Notes: generated by a model not told the origin, from the letters alone. DNA of 64,000 nucleotides from an uncultured Candidatus Binatia bacterium (GCA_965200965.1 OZ241744.1:800001-864000); one strand, 5' to 3'; shown: positions 19,487 to 31,601, counted from the stretch's first letter. Translations and numbers: made by a program.

Positions 19487-19987
19487 TCATCCCTCCTGGT
19501 TGTTCTCGCTCAACAGGGTGGTAATCGCCCACTCATAGCCGTCAACCAGCGCCATCCAAGCCGAGGCCAGCAGGTCGCGCGATTTCCGTATAGTGCTCCA
19601 CTGCTGCTGACCGTCGCTGAATTTCATAATCGACACCACCTCGGCGGCGGTTCCGCGTCCGCCCCGATGAGTGTACAGCTCGACGAGTTGTATGTCTCTG
19701 ATACGCGGAAAATGGTGGAGCAAGACCCGGCGTAAAGCCGAATCCAGGGCCTGGACGCCGCCCACGCCCTGGGCGGCCTCAATGTCTTCCTGGCCATGCA
19801 CCTTAACCACCACTACGGCGTCTACAGCCCGGCGTTCTTTCCACTCTTCATCAACTACCCGCCAGCGGACGATCTCGAACGGTGGGCAGTAGCTCGGGTC
19901 TTGCCGCCAGCGGGCCACATCTTGCGACGCCTGGGGGGCCGTGACGGCGTTGAAGAACTCCTCGGACGGTTCCTGCTGGTGTGTCAT
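19487..19987 (-). CDS. Stand-alone LeuA/CimA allosteric (regulatory) domain protein
   Basis: AAQGVGGVQALDSALRR, GTAAEV, DGQQQWST, ASAWMALVDGYEWAI align by eye with the citramalate synthase C-terminal domain. Confidence 0.65.
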   Translation of the reverse strand: MTHQQEPSEEFFNAVTAPQASQDVARWRQDPSYCPPFEIVRWRVVDEEWKERRAVDAVVVVKVHGQEDIEAAQGVGGVQALDSALRRVLLHHFPRIRDIQLVELYTHRGGRGTAAEVVSIMKFSDGQQQWSTIRKSRDLLASAWMALVDGYEWAITTLLSENNQEG

Positions 19988-20033
19988 GGAGGCTTCCTGG
20001 GTGCGGCGTGAGACGCTTGATACACTGAGTGTT

Positions 20034-20273
20034 CTAATCATCGCTCAAGGTGTCCCAGTGAATGTCCCAGAATTGGGGCAGGGGCGGGGCAAACTCGAAA
20101 TGCCCGCCAAAGCACGCAAAGCTCGGTTGATGGGATAAACGCTCACGCAACAGATGGAGATAGGTCTCAAGTTCGTTCTCACTTGGGCCACCTGATGCGC
20201 TGCTAGCGGTTGGCCCCCCTATATCCATGCGCCGGCGGTAGCCACATTTTCGACAACTGATATCGACGTGCAT
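20034..20273 (-). CDS. Small hypothetical protein, possibly metal-binding
   Basis: 79 aa; CRKC plus distal CFGGH; upstream of and co-oriented with the regulatory-domain gene. Confidence 0.6.
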   Translation of the reverse strand: MHVDISCRKCGYRRRMDIGGPTASSASGGPSENELETYLHLLRERLSHQPSFACFGGHFEFAPPLPQFWDIHWDTLSDD

Positions 20274-20348
20274 AGGCTGCCCTGGACCTGTTGGTCTGAA
20301 CCAGCTAGATAATACTGTCTACATGACTCCAAAGGAGGCTGCAAGCGC

Positions 20349-20702
20349 ATGTCGTTAGTCACATTTGTGAAGCAGGAACTGAGTGTTGAGGTGCCCCAAG
20401 GGGCGAACCTGCGAGAAGTGGCGTTGGCGCATAACATTAACCTGTATACATTTCCAGATAGCCTGCTCAACTGTCGTGGTCGCGGCCTGTGCGGCACCTG
20501 TCGGGTGCAGGTAGACGATCATCGGGCGCTGTCCGAACGCACTATAGCGGATGAAAAAAAGAACGGCTGGGAGGGCAGAACCTACCGCTTGGCCTGCCAG
20601 TCGCAGGTGCTCGACGATGTGTCGGTCGTCACCAGCCCGCGCCGGGTCCTGGGCTGGATGGACCATCCAACCTACGCCGGTATGAAGAAAAAAGGCGCTT
20701 GA
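20349..20702 (+). CDS. 2Fe-2S ferredoxin
   Basis: CRGRGLCGTC...RLACQ; SD AAGGAGG. Confidence 0.92.
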   Translation: MSLVTFVKQELSVEVPQGANLREVALAHNINLYTFPDSLLNCRGRGLCGTCRVQVDDHRALSERTIADEKKNGWEGRTYRLACQSQVLDDVSVVTSPRRVLGWMDHPTYAGMKKKGA

Positions 20703-20813
20703 TTGTCTGATCTCTAAACCCCTAGAGCTTGTAGGGCGATGTGTACTCTTGTCAAAGGGATAGCGCTTTGATATGAGAAGCCATGTTCGTAATGGCAAGC
20801 ACAGTCAGCACTG

Positions 20814-22340
<1,527 letters not shown>

Positions 22341-22369
22341 CGGACCATTTTTCGTTCCAGCGCAGTCCC

Positions 22370-23896
22370 ATGATTCTTATCCTTGATTTTGGCAGCCAGT
22401 ACACCCAGCTCATCGCCAGACGCGTGCGGGAGGCCCGGGTGTATTGCGAAATTCATCCTTACTCCGTGGCAGCCGAGGCCGTCCGCGATCTGCAACCGGA
22501 GGGCATTATTCTGTCGGGTGGTCCGGCCAGTGTGTACGAGGCTGATGCGCCTATGCTGGAAGCGGTGGTGATCGAGACACCAGTGCCTTTTCTGGGCATC
22601 TGCTACGGTATGGGAGTCTTGCACCAGTTGGTCGGGGCCGAGATCGCCAGGGCTGAGCGACGGGAGTTTGGGGCGGCCCGGCTGTTTGTTGATGATACGC
22701 GCGATCTGTTTGCCGGATTCTCGCGCGCCGACTCCAGCCAGGTGTGGATGAGTCACGGCGATAAATCAGAGAGCCTGCCGGCTGGCTGGGCAGTGCTGGC
22801 CCATTCGCCAAGCTCTCCTATCGCCGCCTGCCGCGACGTCTCGGGACGCCTGTTTGGCGTGCAGTTTCATCCCGAGGTAGTGCATACCGAGCGCGGCAGC
22901 GAGGTGTTGCGCAATTTCCTGTTTCGGGTCTGTGGCTGCCAGCCCAACTGGACGATGGAAGGTTTTGTGGAGCGTGAGGTCGTCCGCATCCGTGAACAGG
23001 TGGGCGACGGTCGGGTGGTGTGCGGGCTGAGCGGCGGGATTGATTCCGCGGTGGTGGCCGTTCTGCTCAGCCGGGCGATTGGGGAGCGCCTGACGTGTAT
23101 CTTTGTGGATAACGGTCTGCTGCGGCAGGGCGAAGCCGAGCAGGTTGAGCAGACCTTCTCCGGCCTAGGGATTCGGCTGCGGTGTGTGAATACGGCCGAG
23201 CGCTTTCTCCAAAATCTGATCGGCGTTGAAGACCCGGAACACAAGCGTCGCATTATCGGTCATACCTTTATTGACGTTTTTGAAGAAATTGCCCGGCCGC
23301 TGGAGGCCGACTTTCTGGCTCAGGGCACCCTGTATCCGGACGTGATTGAGTCGGTGTCATTCAAGGGCCCGTCGGCTACGATCAAGAGTCACCACAATGT
23401 CGGGGGCTTGCCTGAGCGTATGCAACTGGCCCTGATTGAACCCTTGCGCGAGCTGTTTAAGGATGAGGTCCGGGTACTGGGGCGGGTCTTGGGGCTGTCC
23501 GAGGAGATCGTTGCTCGCCAGCCTTTTCCCGGCCCGGGGCTGGCCATTCGTCTGCTGGGCGCGGTAGAGGAGACGCGGCTAGCCCTCCTGCGTCAGGCCG
23601 ACGCCGTCGTTGATGAGGAGATCCGGGCGGCGGGTTTCTACTATAAAATGTGGCAAACCTTTGCCGTTTTGCTCCCGGTCAAAAGTGTCGGAGTGATGGG
23701 CGACGCCCGGACCTACGAGAATGTGGTTGCCATCCGGGCGGTCGAGAGCGTGGACGGCATGACCGCCGACTGGGCTCGACTGCCGCACGATTTGCTGAGC
23801 ACTATATCGAACCGCATCATCAATGAAGTCCGAGGCATTAACCGGGTCGTGCTGGACATTTCCTCCAAGCCACCAGCAACGATTGAGTGGGAATGA
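22370..23896 (+). CDS. guaA: GMP synthase (glutamine-hydrolysing)
   Basis: [45 protein letters not shown]. Confidence 0.98.
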   Translation: MILILDFGSQYTQLIARRVREARVYCEIHPYSVAAEAVRDLQPEGIILSGGPASVYEADAPMLEAVVIETPVPFLGICYGMGVLHQLVGAEIARAERREFGAARLFVDDTRDLFAGFSRADSSQVWMSHGDKSESLPAGWAVLAHSPSSPIAACRDVSGRLFGVQFHPEVVHTERGSEVLRNFLFRVCGCQPNWTMEGFVEREVVRIREQVGDGRVVCGLSGGIDSAVVAVLLSRAIGERLTCIFVDNGLLRQGEAEQVEQTFSGLGIRLRCVNTAERFLQNLIGVEDPEHKRRIIGHTFIDVFEEIARPLEADFLAQGTLYPDVIESVSFKGPSATIKSHHNVGGLPERMQLALIEPLRELFKDEVRVLGRVLGLSEEIVARQPFPGPGLAIRLLGAVEETRLALLRQADAVVDEEIRAAGFYYKMWQTFAVLLPVKSVGVMGDARTYENVVAIRAVESVDGMTADWARLPHDLLSTISNRIINEVRGINRVVLDISSKPPATIEWE

Positions 23897-23927
23897 GGAG
23901 TTGTGCAGTCACGGAGGGGGAGTCGGA

Positions 23928-26900
23928 ATGGGATTCGTTCATCTGCATCTACATACCCAATACAGCCTGCTGGACGGTGCGAACAAGGTCTCCAATCTGA
24001 TGCCTCAGGTGGCGGCCTATAACATGCCGGCGGTGGCCATGACCGATCATGGCAATATGTTTGGGGCGGTCGATTTTTATCGGACCGCAGAACAACACGG
24101 GGTCAAGCCGATTATTGGCTGTGAGGTCTATGTCGCCCCCCGGAGTCGGTTTGACAAAAACCTCTCGGGAGCCGACAACCACGAGCATGGCGGAAATTTT
24201 CACTTGGTCCTGCTGGCCATGAATCTGGACGGCTACCGCAACCTGTGCCGTCTGGTCACAGCCGGCTATACTGAGGGCTTTTATCGCAAACCCCGGGTCG
24301 ATAAGGCCCTGCTGCGAGAACTCAACCGCGGTCTGATCGCCCTGTCTGGGTGTCTGAGCGGTGAACTGGCATGGACCATGCTGGGCGATCGGGAAAAATC
24401 GGCTCGGGAGGTGGCCGAAGACTACGCGGCTATTTTTGACGAGCGGTTTTATATCGAGATTCAGGCGAACCACCTGCCCCAGCAGGAGCGGCTCAATCCG
24501 GCCCTCGTTGAACTGGCCCGTGAGTTGTCGCTGCCGCTGGTGGCCACCAACGACTGCCACTACCTGCACGCCGAGGATGCCGAGGCCCACGAGGTGCTGC
24601 TGTGCGTACAGAGCGGCAAGGTCATGTCCGACGAAAAACGCTGGCGTTTGGGCACCGACCAACTGTACGTCAAGTCGCCCGAAGCGATGAGATCAGAGTT
24701 TACCGACCATCCCCAGGCCGTTGACGCAACGCTCGACATTGCGGACCGGTGTAATCTGGATCTGTCGTTTGGTGACTTCAAGTTCCCGGTTTTTGCCATT
24801 CCCGAACAGGAATCCCTGGAGCAGTGCCTAGAGCGTGCCGCCCACAAGGGGTTGGAGGAGCGTTTGAATCAGATCGGAGCCGCCAACCCTGAGTTCAGCC
24901 CCGGCACCGAGCGAGAGTACCGCGAGCGGCTGGCGTTTGAGCTCAAGGTGATTGAGGATATGGGCTTCGCCGGCTACTTCCTGATTGTGTCCGACTTCAT
25001 CCTCTACGCCAAGTCCCAGAATATCCCGGTCGGCCCCGGCCGGGGCTCTGCGGCCGGCAGCCTGGTCGCCTACTGTCTCCAGATCACCGATGTTGATCCG
25101 ATCCGCTACCAGCTGCTGTTTGAGCGCTTTCTCAACCCCGGTCGCAAGAGCATGCCCGACATTGACGTCGACTTTTGCTTTGAACGCCGGGACGAGGTGA
25201 TCCAGTACATTAAAGACAAATACGGAGCCGACAAGGTGGCCCAGATCATCACCTTTGGAACCCTCAAGGGCAAACAGGCCATCAAAGATGTGGGCCGCGC
25301 CCTGGAGTTCTCGTATGGCGAAACCGACCGTATGGCTAAGCTCTATCCGGCACCGAAACAGGGCAAAGATTTTCCGCTTGAGGCGGCCCTGGACATGGAG
25401 CCCCGGTTGCGCGAGATTCGCGCCGCGGGTCAGCGCGAACAGAACCTGTTTGCCTACTCGCTGAAGCTCGAAGGGCTGCTCCGCCACGCCTCCAAACACG
25501 CCGCCGGGATTGTCATCTCGCCGACCTCCCTCGTTGATCATCTGCCCCTGTTTGTGGATAAAGAGGGCAGTGTTCTGACCCAGTTCGCCGGGCCCGATGT
25601 TGACGCCATCGGACTGATCAAGTTTGACTTTTTGGGCTTGAAAACCTTGACTCTGCTAGCCAATACGGTCAGCCGGATTACAAAGACCCGCAGCCTGGAC
25701 GTGAACCTGAGCACCCTGCCGCTGGACGATACCGCCACCTATCACAACCTCACGCGCGGGGACACAGTCGGGGTCTTCCAGATGGAGAGCAGCGGCATCC
25801 GCAAGCTGATTACCCAGCTGAAACCCAGCTGTTTTGAAGACATTATTGCTGTCATCGCTCTGTTTCGACCGGGGCCTTTGGACAGTGGGGCGGCCGAACA
25901 GTTTATCCGTCGCAAACACGGCAAGGAGGCGATTGTCTACCCCCATAAGCTGCTCGAACCGGTGCTGAAAGAAACATACGGGGTCACCATCTACCAAGAG
26001 CAGGTGATGCAGATCGCTCAGATCCTGGCCGGCTACTCCCTGGCCGACGCCGACTCTCTGCGCCGGGCGATGGGCAAAAAGAAAAAAGAGGTCATGCAGG
26101 AGGAGCGCAGCAAGTTTCTCAGCGGGGCCAAGCGCCACCACATCCCGGAAAAAACAGCCAGCGAGATTTTTGACGCCATGGAAACCTTTGCGGCCTACGG
26201 CTTCAACAAGTCCCACGCCGCCGCCTATGCTTTTCTGTCGTATCAAACCGCCTATCTGAAAACCCATTTTCCCCACGAGTTCATGGCCGCGCTGATGAGT
26301 ATCGAGATGGGTGATACCGGTAAGACGTATAAAAATATCGCCGACTGCCGCCTGCAAAACATTCCGGTCTTACCGCCCGACGTGAATGAAAGCGACGAGA
26401 GCTTTACGGTTGGGGCGGACAGCATTCGTTTTGGGCTGGGGGCGGTCAAGGGCGTGGGCTCAAAAGCGATTGAGGTCATCTGCGAAGCCCGCCAAAACGG
26501 ACCGTTTGAGGACTGGTACGACTTCAGCCTGCGCGTCCAGGGCCAGCAGGTCAATAAGCGGGTGATGGAAAGCCTGATCAAATGCGGCGCGCTCGACTCT
26601 TTTGGGATTCCGCGGGCCCGGCTGTTGGCGGGCTGTGAGGCGGCCATGAAGTGGGCCGAGTACGAAGCGCGGGGGGCGAACAGTGCTCAGATGGGGTTGT
26701 TTGCCGCCACCGGCGGCACAGATCCCACTCGGCCCGAGTTGCCGCAGGTAGCCGAATGGTCGGAAGGCGAGAAGCTGAACAATGAGCGCGAAATCCTGGG
26801 CTTTTTTATTACCGGCCATCCTCTGGACCGCTACGAGAGCCGCCTGCACGGGGTGGTGTCGCTGACTACCGCGATGATAAAAGGCCGGACCCACCAGGAG

Positions 26901-27395
26901 AAAGTGCGCTTAGCCGGCGTGGTCCAGGCGCTCAAACTGAAGAACAACAAAAAGGGCGACCGCTACGCGACGTTTACGCTGGAAGACAAAGACGGGGTGG
27001 TGGAGGTGATTGTCTGGCCCGAAGCCTACCGCCGCTACGAGCAAAGCCTGTCAGCGGACGATCCGATCTGCCTCAGCGGTGCGCTCGATATGGACGAAGA
27101 TCGCTGTCAGATTATTGCCGATGAGATTGTGCCGCTGGAATCGGTCGCCAAACAGGAGGTCAGCCAAGTCCATATTCAGGTGCCGTCCGATGTCACGACC
27201 AAAGAAGATCTGCTGGCCCTGCGGTCGGTATTGAGCCAGCACCAGGGCGATTGTCGGGCCTTTTTGCACCTCCTGCGGCCCGACCACCGCGAGACGGTTA
27301 TCGCTTTGCCCCAGGACCTCGGTGTTGCCCCGACCCGGGCCATGCTGTCCGCAGTGGAGGACGTATTTGGCAGTGGGGTAGCGTCTTTTCGCTGA
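23928..27395 (+). CDS. dnaE: DNA polymerase III alpha subunit
   Basis: PHP HLHTQYSLLDG, GPGRGSAAGS, MPDIDVDF, KFDFLGL, YGFNKSH, OB fold; no intein seen. Confidence 0.98.
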   Translation: MGFVHLHLHTQYSLLDGANKVSNLMPQVAAYNMPAVAMTDHGNMFGAVDFYRTAEQHGVKPIIGCEVYVAPRSRFDKNLSGADNHEHGGNFHLVLLAMNLDGYRNLCRLVTAGYTEGFYRKPRVDKALLRELNRGLIALSGCLSGELAWTMLGDREKSAREVAEDYAAIFDERFYIEIQANHLPQQERLNPALVELARELSLPLVATNDCHYLHAEDAEAHEVLLCVQSGKVMSDEKRWRLGTDQLYVKSPEAMRSEFTDHPQAVDATLDIADRCNLDLSFGDFKFPVFAIPEQESLEQCLERAAHKGLEERLNQIGAANPEFSPGTEREYRERLAFELKVIEDMGFAGYFLIVSDFILYAKSQNIPVGPGRGSAAGSLVAYCLQITDVDPIRYQLLFERFLNPGRKSMPDIDVDFCFERRDEVIQYIKDKYGADKVAQIITFGTLKGKQAIKDVGRALEFSYGETDRMAKLYPAPKQGKDFPLEAALDMEPRLREIRAAGQREQNLFAYSLKLEGLLRHASKHAAGIVISPTSLVDHLPLFVDKEGSVLTQFAGPDVDAIGLIKFDFLGLKTLTLLANTVSRITKTRSLDVNLSTLPLDDTATYHNLTRGDTVGVFQMESSGIRKLITQLKPSCFEDIIAVIALFRPGPLDSGAAEQFIRRKHGKEAIVYPHKLLEPVLKETYGVTIYQEQVMQIAQILAGYSLADADSLRRAMGKKKKEVMQEERSKFLSGAKRHHIPEKTASEIFDAMETFAAYGFNKSHAAAYAFLSYQTAYLKTHFPHEFMAALMSIEMGDTGKTYKNIADCRLQNIPVLPPDVNESDESFTVGADSIRFGLGAVKGVGSKAIEVICEARQNGPFEDWYDFSLRVQGQQVNKRVMESLIKCGALDSFGIPRARLLAGCEAAMKWAEYEARGANSAQMGLFAATGGTDPTRPELPQVAEWSEGEKLNNEREILGFFITGHPLDRYESRLHGVVSLTTAMIKGRTHQEKVRLAGVVQALKLKNNKKGDRYATFTLEDKDGVVEVIVWPEAYRRYEQSLSADDPICLSGALDMDEDRCQIIADEIVPLESVAKQEVSQVHIQVPSDVTTKEDLLALRSVLSQHQGDCRAFLHLLRPDHRETVIALPQDLGVAPTRAMLSAVEDVFGSGVASFR

Positions 27396-27400
27396 GCCAG

Positions 27401-27409
27401 TGATACAAT
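27401..27409 (+). promoter_or_regulatory. Extended -10 element giving a probable leaderless hflX transcript
   Basis: TGA-TACAAT 7 nt before ATG 27417; no SD. Confidence 0.5.
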
Positions 27410-27416
27410 CCGGGCT

Positions 27417-28808
27417 ATGGCGCGTATACGCAACGCTGGCCGTCAGCAATATGTGGCCGCGAGCAGCCCCGAACGAGCCGTGATTGTCGCTGTTGAAGCC
27501 GGCGCAAACAGGTCTCGGGGCGAGCAGTTTCATGGCGGTGATTTTCAGCTTGAAGCGTCCTTGGACGAACTGGCCCGGCTGAGTGAAACTGCCGGCCTGG
27601 AGGTCGCCGGCCAAGTGCGCCAGAGCCGACACAACGGCGTACAACCGGCCTCTTACATGGGGACTGGCAAGCTGGCTGAAGTCCAGGCGCTGAGCGCGAC
27701 AACCGATGCCAATGTGGTGATTTTTGATGACGATTTGTCCCCGGCCCAGCAGCGCAATCTGGAAAACAGCTTGTGCCTCAAGGTCATTGATCGCAGTCAG
27801 TTGATTCTTGATATCTTTGCCCAGCGCGCCCGCAGCCAAGCCGGCAAACTCCAGGTCGAACTCGCCCAGCTCGAGTATCTGCGGCCACGACTCACCCGCC
27901 AGTGGACGCACCTGTCTCGCCTCGGCGGCGGGGTAGGCACCCGGGGGCCGGGAGAAGCCCAACTCGAACACGATCGGCGGCGTATTCGAGAACGTATTGC
28001 CACCGTCCGACGCCGTTTGTGGCAGGTCGAACGGACGCGCGGCCTCCACCGTCAAGAGCGCGCCCGTATCCCCTTCCCGTGCATTGCGCTCGTCGGCTAT
28101 ACCAACGCCGGAAAATCGACCCTGATGAACGCCCTGACCCGCGCTCAGGTGTTGGTCGAAGACAAACTCTTCGCTACCCTTGACCCGACCAGCCGTCGCC
28201 TCGATCTGCCCGGCGGACAGACTGTGCTGTTGACCGATACCGTCGGGTTTATCAACAAACTGCCCCACCAACTGATTGACGCCTTTGCCGGAACTCTCGA
28301 AGAAGTGCGGACGGCCGAAATCCTCCTGCATGTGATTGACGCCAGCCATCCGCGTTGGAGGGAACAACAAGCGGTTGTTCAGCAGGTGTTGCAGGATATC
28401 GGCGTGGCGCATCTCCCGACATTTACCGTCTATAACAAGCTCGACCAACCCCCGGCTGGACCAAGTGAACAGGCGTGGCGGCCGAGGCTCGGAGCGGATC
28501 AAACCGCGGCCAACGGCCCCGCCGGCGGCGAGCCTCACTTTGGTATCTCGGCCCTGAGGGGAGTTGGCATTACCGCTCTGCTCAACGCTCTCGAACGCCA
28601 TCTGGAGCGAGAGCGGGAAGTGCTGCGGCTGGAGTTGCCCCTCGGTGCTGGACAGCTCCTGGATTTTCTGCACAGAAGTGGGCGGGTGATGGAACAAACA
28701 TATACCGAGACAAATGTCCGGGTCACCGCCCGGGTGTCGGCCAAGATAGCCGGACAACTCCGCAAGAGGCTGACCGCAGCTGGTCTGGCCAGACCCATGG
28801 GCGCATGA
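27417..28808 (+). CDS. hflX: GTPase HflX
   Basis: [49 protein letters not shown]. Confidence 0.97.
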   Translation: MARIRNAGRQQYVAASSPERAVIVAVEAGANRSRGEQFHGGDFQLEASLDELARLSETAGLEVAGQVRQSRHNGVQPASYMGTGKLAEVQALSATTDANVVIFDDDLSPAQQRNLENSLCLKVIDRSQLILDIFAQRARSQAGKLQVELAQLEYLRPRLTRQWTHLSRLGGGVGTRGPGEAQLEHDRRRIRERIATVRRRLWQVERTRGLHRQERARIPFPCIALVGYTNAGKSTLMNALTRAQVLVEDKLFATLDPTSRRLDLPGGQTVLLTDTVGFINKLPHQLIDAFAGTLEEVRTAEILLHVIDASHPRWREQQAVVQQVLQDIGVAHLPTFTVYNKLDQPPAGPSEQAWRPRLGADQTAANGPAGGEPHFGISALRGVGITALLNALERHLEREREVLRLELPLGAGQLLDFLHRSGRVMEQTYTETNVRVTARVSAKIAGQLRKRLTAAGLARPMGA

Positions 28809-29395
28809 ACAGCTCATCCTGCTCCCTGGAGCTTCGACATCCTCGGCTCTTGCCCAATCTTATCACCGCCGTGCGTGTCCTGGCCATTCCCGTTCTGCTG
28901 TTTTTTCTAGTCCGGGAGCGCTATGCGGCGGCGTTGAGCACCTTTGTCTTTGCCGGCATGACTGATTGGCTGGACGGGCGGGTCGCGCGCTATATAGGCA
29001 GTGACTCTGAAGAATTTGGCAAGCGGTTTGATGCCCTGGCCGATAAAGCCCTGCTCTGTAGTGTCCTAGTGACGCTCACGATCATGGGTGCTGTGCCGGT
29101 GTGGTTGACTGGCTTGGTTGTGGGCCGGGACGTGGTACTGGTGGGCGGCTTTGTCCTCCTCTTCCTGTGGACAGGTCGGACGATTCGCACCAAGCCAAGC
29201 CAATTTGGCAAGTGGGGGACTTTTTTGCTGCTGGTCACGGTGAGCGCGGCTCTGCTTGAGTTGCTTTCACCGAACTGGTTGCCGGTCTTGCTGGCTCAGA
29301 CGATATGGGTTCTGGCTGGGGGAGCGATTGCCGTCTCTGGTGTCCAATATATGTGGCGGGCAGTTGCCTGGCTGCAGGGCCGGGAGGAAGACTGA
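28805..29395 (+). CDS. CDP-alcohol phosphatidyltransferase
   Basis: PNLIT..R and D..DG..AR...G...D..AD.K signature ([10 protein letters not shown]...[11 protein letters not shown]); ATGA overlap with hflX. Confidence 0.92.
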   Translation: MNSSSCSLELRHPRLLPNLITAVRVLAIPVLLFFLVRERYAAALSTFVFAGMTDWLDGRVARYIGSDSEEFGKRFDALADKALLCSVLVTLTIMGAVPVWLTGLVVGRDVVLVGGFVLLFLWTGRTIRTKPSQFGKWGTFLLLVTVSAALLELLSPNWLPVLLAQTIWVLAGGAIAVSGVQYMWRAVAWLQGREED

Positions 29396-29434
29396 GGCGG
29401 AGCGTCCCGGACGATGGGGAAAGACGGCAGCGGC

Positions 29435-29463
29435 TTGTACGTCAGCCTCATGATTGCTATATG
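29435..29463 (+). promoter_or_regulatory. Putative promoter for the diiron/HMGR-like/kinase operon
   Basis: TTGTAC-17 nt-TATATG with TG at the extended -10 position. Confidence 0.35.
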
Positions 29464-29528
29464 GGGGCTGCCCTGCGATCTATGGTGAGTCATGATTGAC
29501 CGGACTGGATGAGGGATAGGGGGAGAGC

Positions 29529-30278
29529 GTGATTCGGGTCTTTCCGTGTGTTGACAATACCAAACTCCTGGAACTGTTCCGCAAGGGGGTGGAGGGCCAG
29601 TGGTCAGCAGCGGTGATCGACTGGGACCAACCCTTGGGGCTGAGCCAGGCCGAGCAACAGGCTTTCGCCCATGTGCTGACCCCGATCTACCTGGGCGAAC
29701 AGACTGCTATGGTCGGGGCCAGTTCGGTCATCCCGCAATTTTTCGCCATCCACCAGACCGAGGCCCAGCTCTACCTTTCGACCTTCCTGCTTGACGAAGC
29801 GCGTCACTTTGAAACCCTGACCCGGTTCTACAACAAGATAGGCCTGCGTCCCCTGGAGATCCGCGACCTGAAGGTCATGTTTCGTTATCAGGCCCGGCTG
29901 TTCAAGTCGCGCGACAAGATCGAGTGGCTGTGGGGCATCCTGTTGAGCGACATCCTGGCCCGTCATTTTTACGGCCTGCTGATCAAAGCCCACCCGGACT
30001 CACTGTTTGCCCAGTTTGCGCGCCGGATCATTACCGATGAGGCCCGCCATCTCGCCTTTGCCGAGCTATACCTCGGCGAGGAACTCAAGGTCAGGCCCGA
30101 GGTCAAACCGGAATTTCTCACCATGATGGATGAGCTGATCGGGTTGATGCGGGCGATCCACGCCGGCCTCAAAGATCAGGCCGATTTTGTTGGCCTTGAC
30201 GGCACACTGCTGTTTGACACAGTCGTCCATGATGTGGAAAAGAAGGTCCAGCGGATGCAGCTCCGCGAGCCGCTCTGA
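29529..30278 (+). CDS. Ferritin-like diiron carboxylate protein (AurF/R2-like superfamily)
   Basis: QW...IDW, GEQ, two DEARH motifs, LSDIL at the third ligand position. Confidence 0.85.
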   Translation: MIRVFPCVDNTKLLELFRKGVEGQWSAAVIDWDQPLGLSQAEQQAFAHVLTPIYLGEQTAMVGASSVIPQFFAIHQTEAQLYLSTFLLDEARHFETLTRFYNKIGLRPLEIRDLKVMFRYQARLFKSRDKIEWLWGILLSDILARHFYGLLIKAHPDSLFAQFARRIITDEARHLAFAELYLGEELKVRPEVKPEFLTMMDELIGLMRAIHAGLKDQADFVGLDGTLLFDTVVHDVEKKVQRMQLREPL

Positions 30279-30290
30279 GGACAAACCGAT

Positions 30291-31601
30291 GTGAAACTGC
30301 GTCGCTCATCCCGTCGGCCGACCGGTCGCCTGTTGCGCTGGCCGCGGGTCAACCGCCCCGACACGATTCAGTATCGCCAGGACCACCTTCAGACCCTGGC
30401 CCACTGGGACCCGAGTCACCGGCACGTCCTGGACTGGCCCGCCCCGGCCTCGGTTCTGGCCCGTTTTCAAGAGTGCCTGACCGGGCATATGGTGCTGCCC
30501 GTCGGAGTCATCGGTCCGCTGGCCGTCAATCTGGGTCACTACGCACTTGATGACACGGGCCGTGTCCGGGAAACAGGGCGGGGCAGCGAGCAGGTGTTTG
30601 TTCCGCTGGCCCATACCGAAGGCGGCCTGTCTGCCTCGGTCCAACGTGGCGTGAGCGCGGTAGCGCTGGCCGGCGGCATTCACACCCATGTCCTGGCCGA
30701 CAGCATGACCCGAGATTCGTGTTTTATCTTCCGTTCGACCCACGACGCGCTGCGCCTCGCCGCTTGGTTGGCCGACCAACCCGCGGCTATGGCCGCTTGG
30801 CTGCGCCAAGCTCAGCAGGCTCCGCCGGCCAAGGGCCGGCCCACCCTCCCGCCGATCAGCCTGCATGCCGTTTTGCGCGGGCTTGAGACGCATGTGGTCG
30901 GCCCGATGTGCCATGTGCTGTATCGGTTTACCACAGGCGACGCCTGCGGCCCGAATATGATGACACGCAACGCCTACGCCCTGAACCATGGGTTTATACG
31001 AGAGCGCTTTGCGCGCGAGACCGGACTTGAGCCGCTCCATATCTTTGTCGAAACAAACATGGGTGGCGATAAGAAGCCCAGCCACGCCTTTTTTCAATTT
31101 CCCGGCCACGGCAAAGTCGTTGTGGCCGAGGCGACCCTGCCCGAGGCCGTTTTGCGGCGCGTCTTACGCGTGCGGGCCGATGACGTGTCGGCCCTGGAGC
31201 ACGCCGGGCTGCACGGCTCACACGCCAGCGGCATGCAGTCCTTCGCCTTTACCCCGGCCTCAGCCGTTGCGGCGGTCTTTGCCGCTACCGGCCAGGACTT
31301 GGGCATGGTTGGCACGAGCAGTATGGCCCACGATTCAGTCTCACGAACCGAGGACGGCATCCACATCACAATCCGCCTGTCCGGCCTGGAGGTCGGGACT
31401 GTTGGTGGCGGGACGGGTTTGCCCCACGCCCAGGCCTATCTCCAGTTGATGGAGTGCCTCGGTCCGGGCAAAGTCTACCGTTTTGCCCAGCTAATTACCG
31501 CCACCGCCCTGTGCCTGGAGATATCGGCCACCGCCAGCATGGCTTCGGCCGGCAGTCAGAACTTTGTCCAGGCCCACGCTGAGCGAGGCGGAGAAAGATG
31601 A
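30291..31601 (+). CDS. Divergent class I HMG-CoA reductase-like oxidoreductase
   Basis: PVGVIGPL, PLAHTEG, MTR, TGDACGPNM, DKK, ATGQD, VGTVGGGT, EIS, C-terminal His. Confidence 0.88.
   Translation: MKLRRSSRRPTGRLLRWPRVNRPDTIQYRQDHLQTLAHWDPSHRHVLDWPAPASVLARFQECLTGHMVLPVGVIGPLAVNLGHYALDDTGRVRETGRGSEQVFVPLAHTEGGLSASVQRGVSAVALAGGIHTHVLADSMTRDSCFIFRSTHDALRLAAWLADQPAAMAAWLRQAQQAPPAKGRPTLPPISLHAVLRGLETHVVGPMCHVLYRFTTGDACGPNMMTRNAYALNHGFIRERFARETGLEPLHIFVETNMGGDKKPSHAFFQFPGHGKVVVAEATLPEAVLRRVLRVRADDVSALEHAGLHGSHASGMQSFAFTPASAVAAVFAATGQDLGMVGTSSMAHDSVSRTEDGIHITIRLSGLEVGTVGGGTGLPHAQAYLQLMECLGPGKVYRFAQLITATALCLEISATASMASAGSQNFVQAHAERGGER

Noticed and set aside
27051-28817. Long antisense ORFs (also 4178-5500, 14011-15420, 20877-21938, 53911-55176)
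   Set aside because: Shadow frames of well-supported genes, expected in high-GC DNA; no motifs.
30291-31601. Canonical mevalonate pathway operon
   Set aside because: No HMG-CoA synthase, GHMP kinases, decarboxylase or IDI nearby, and the substrate motifs look diverged.
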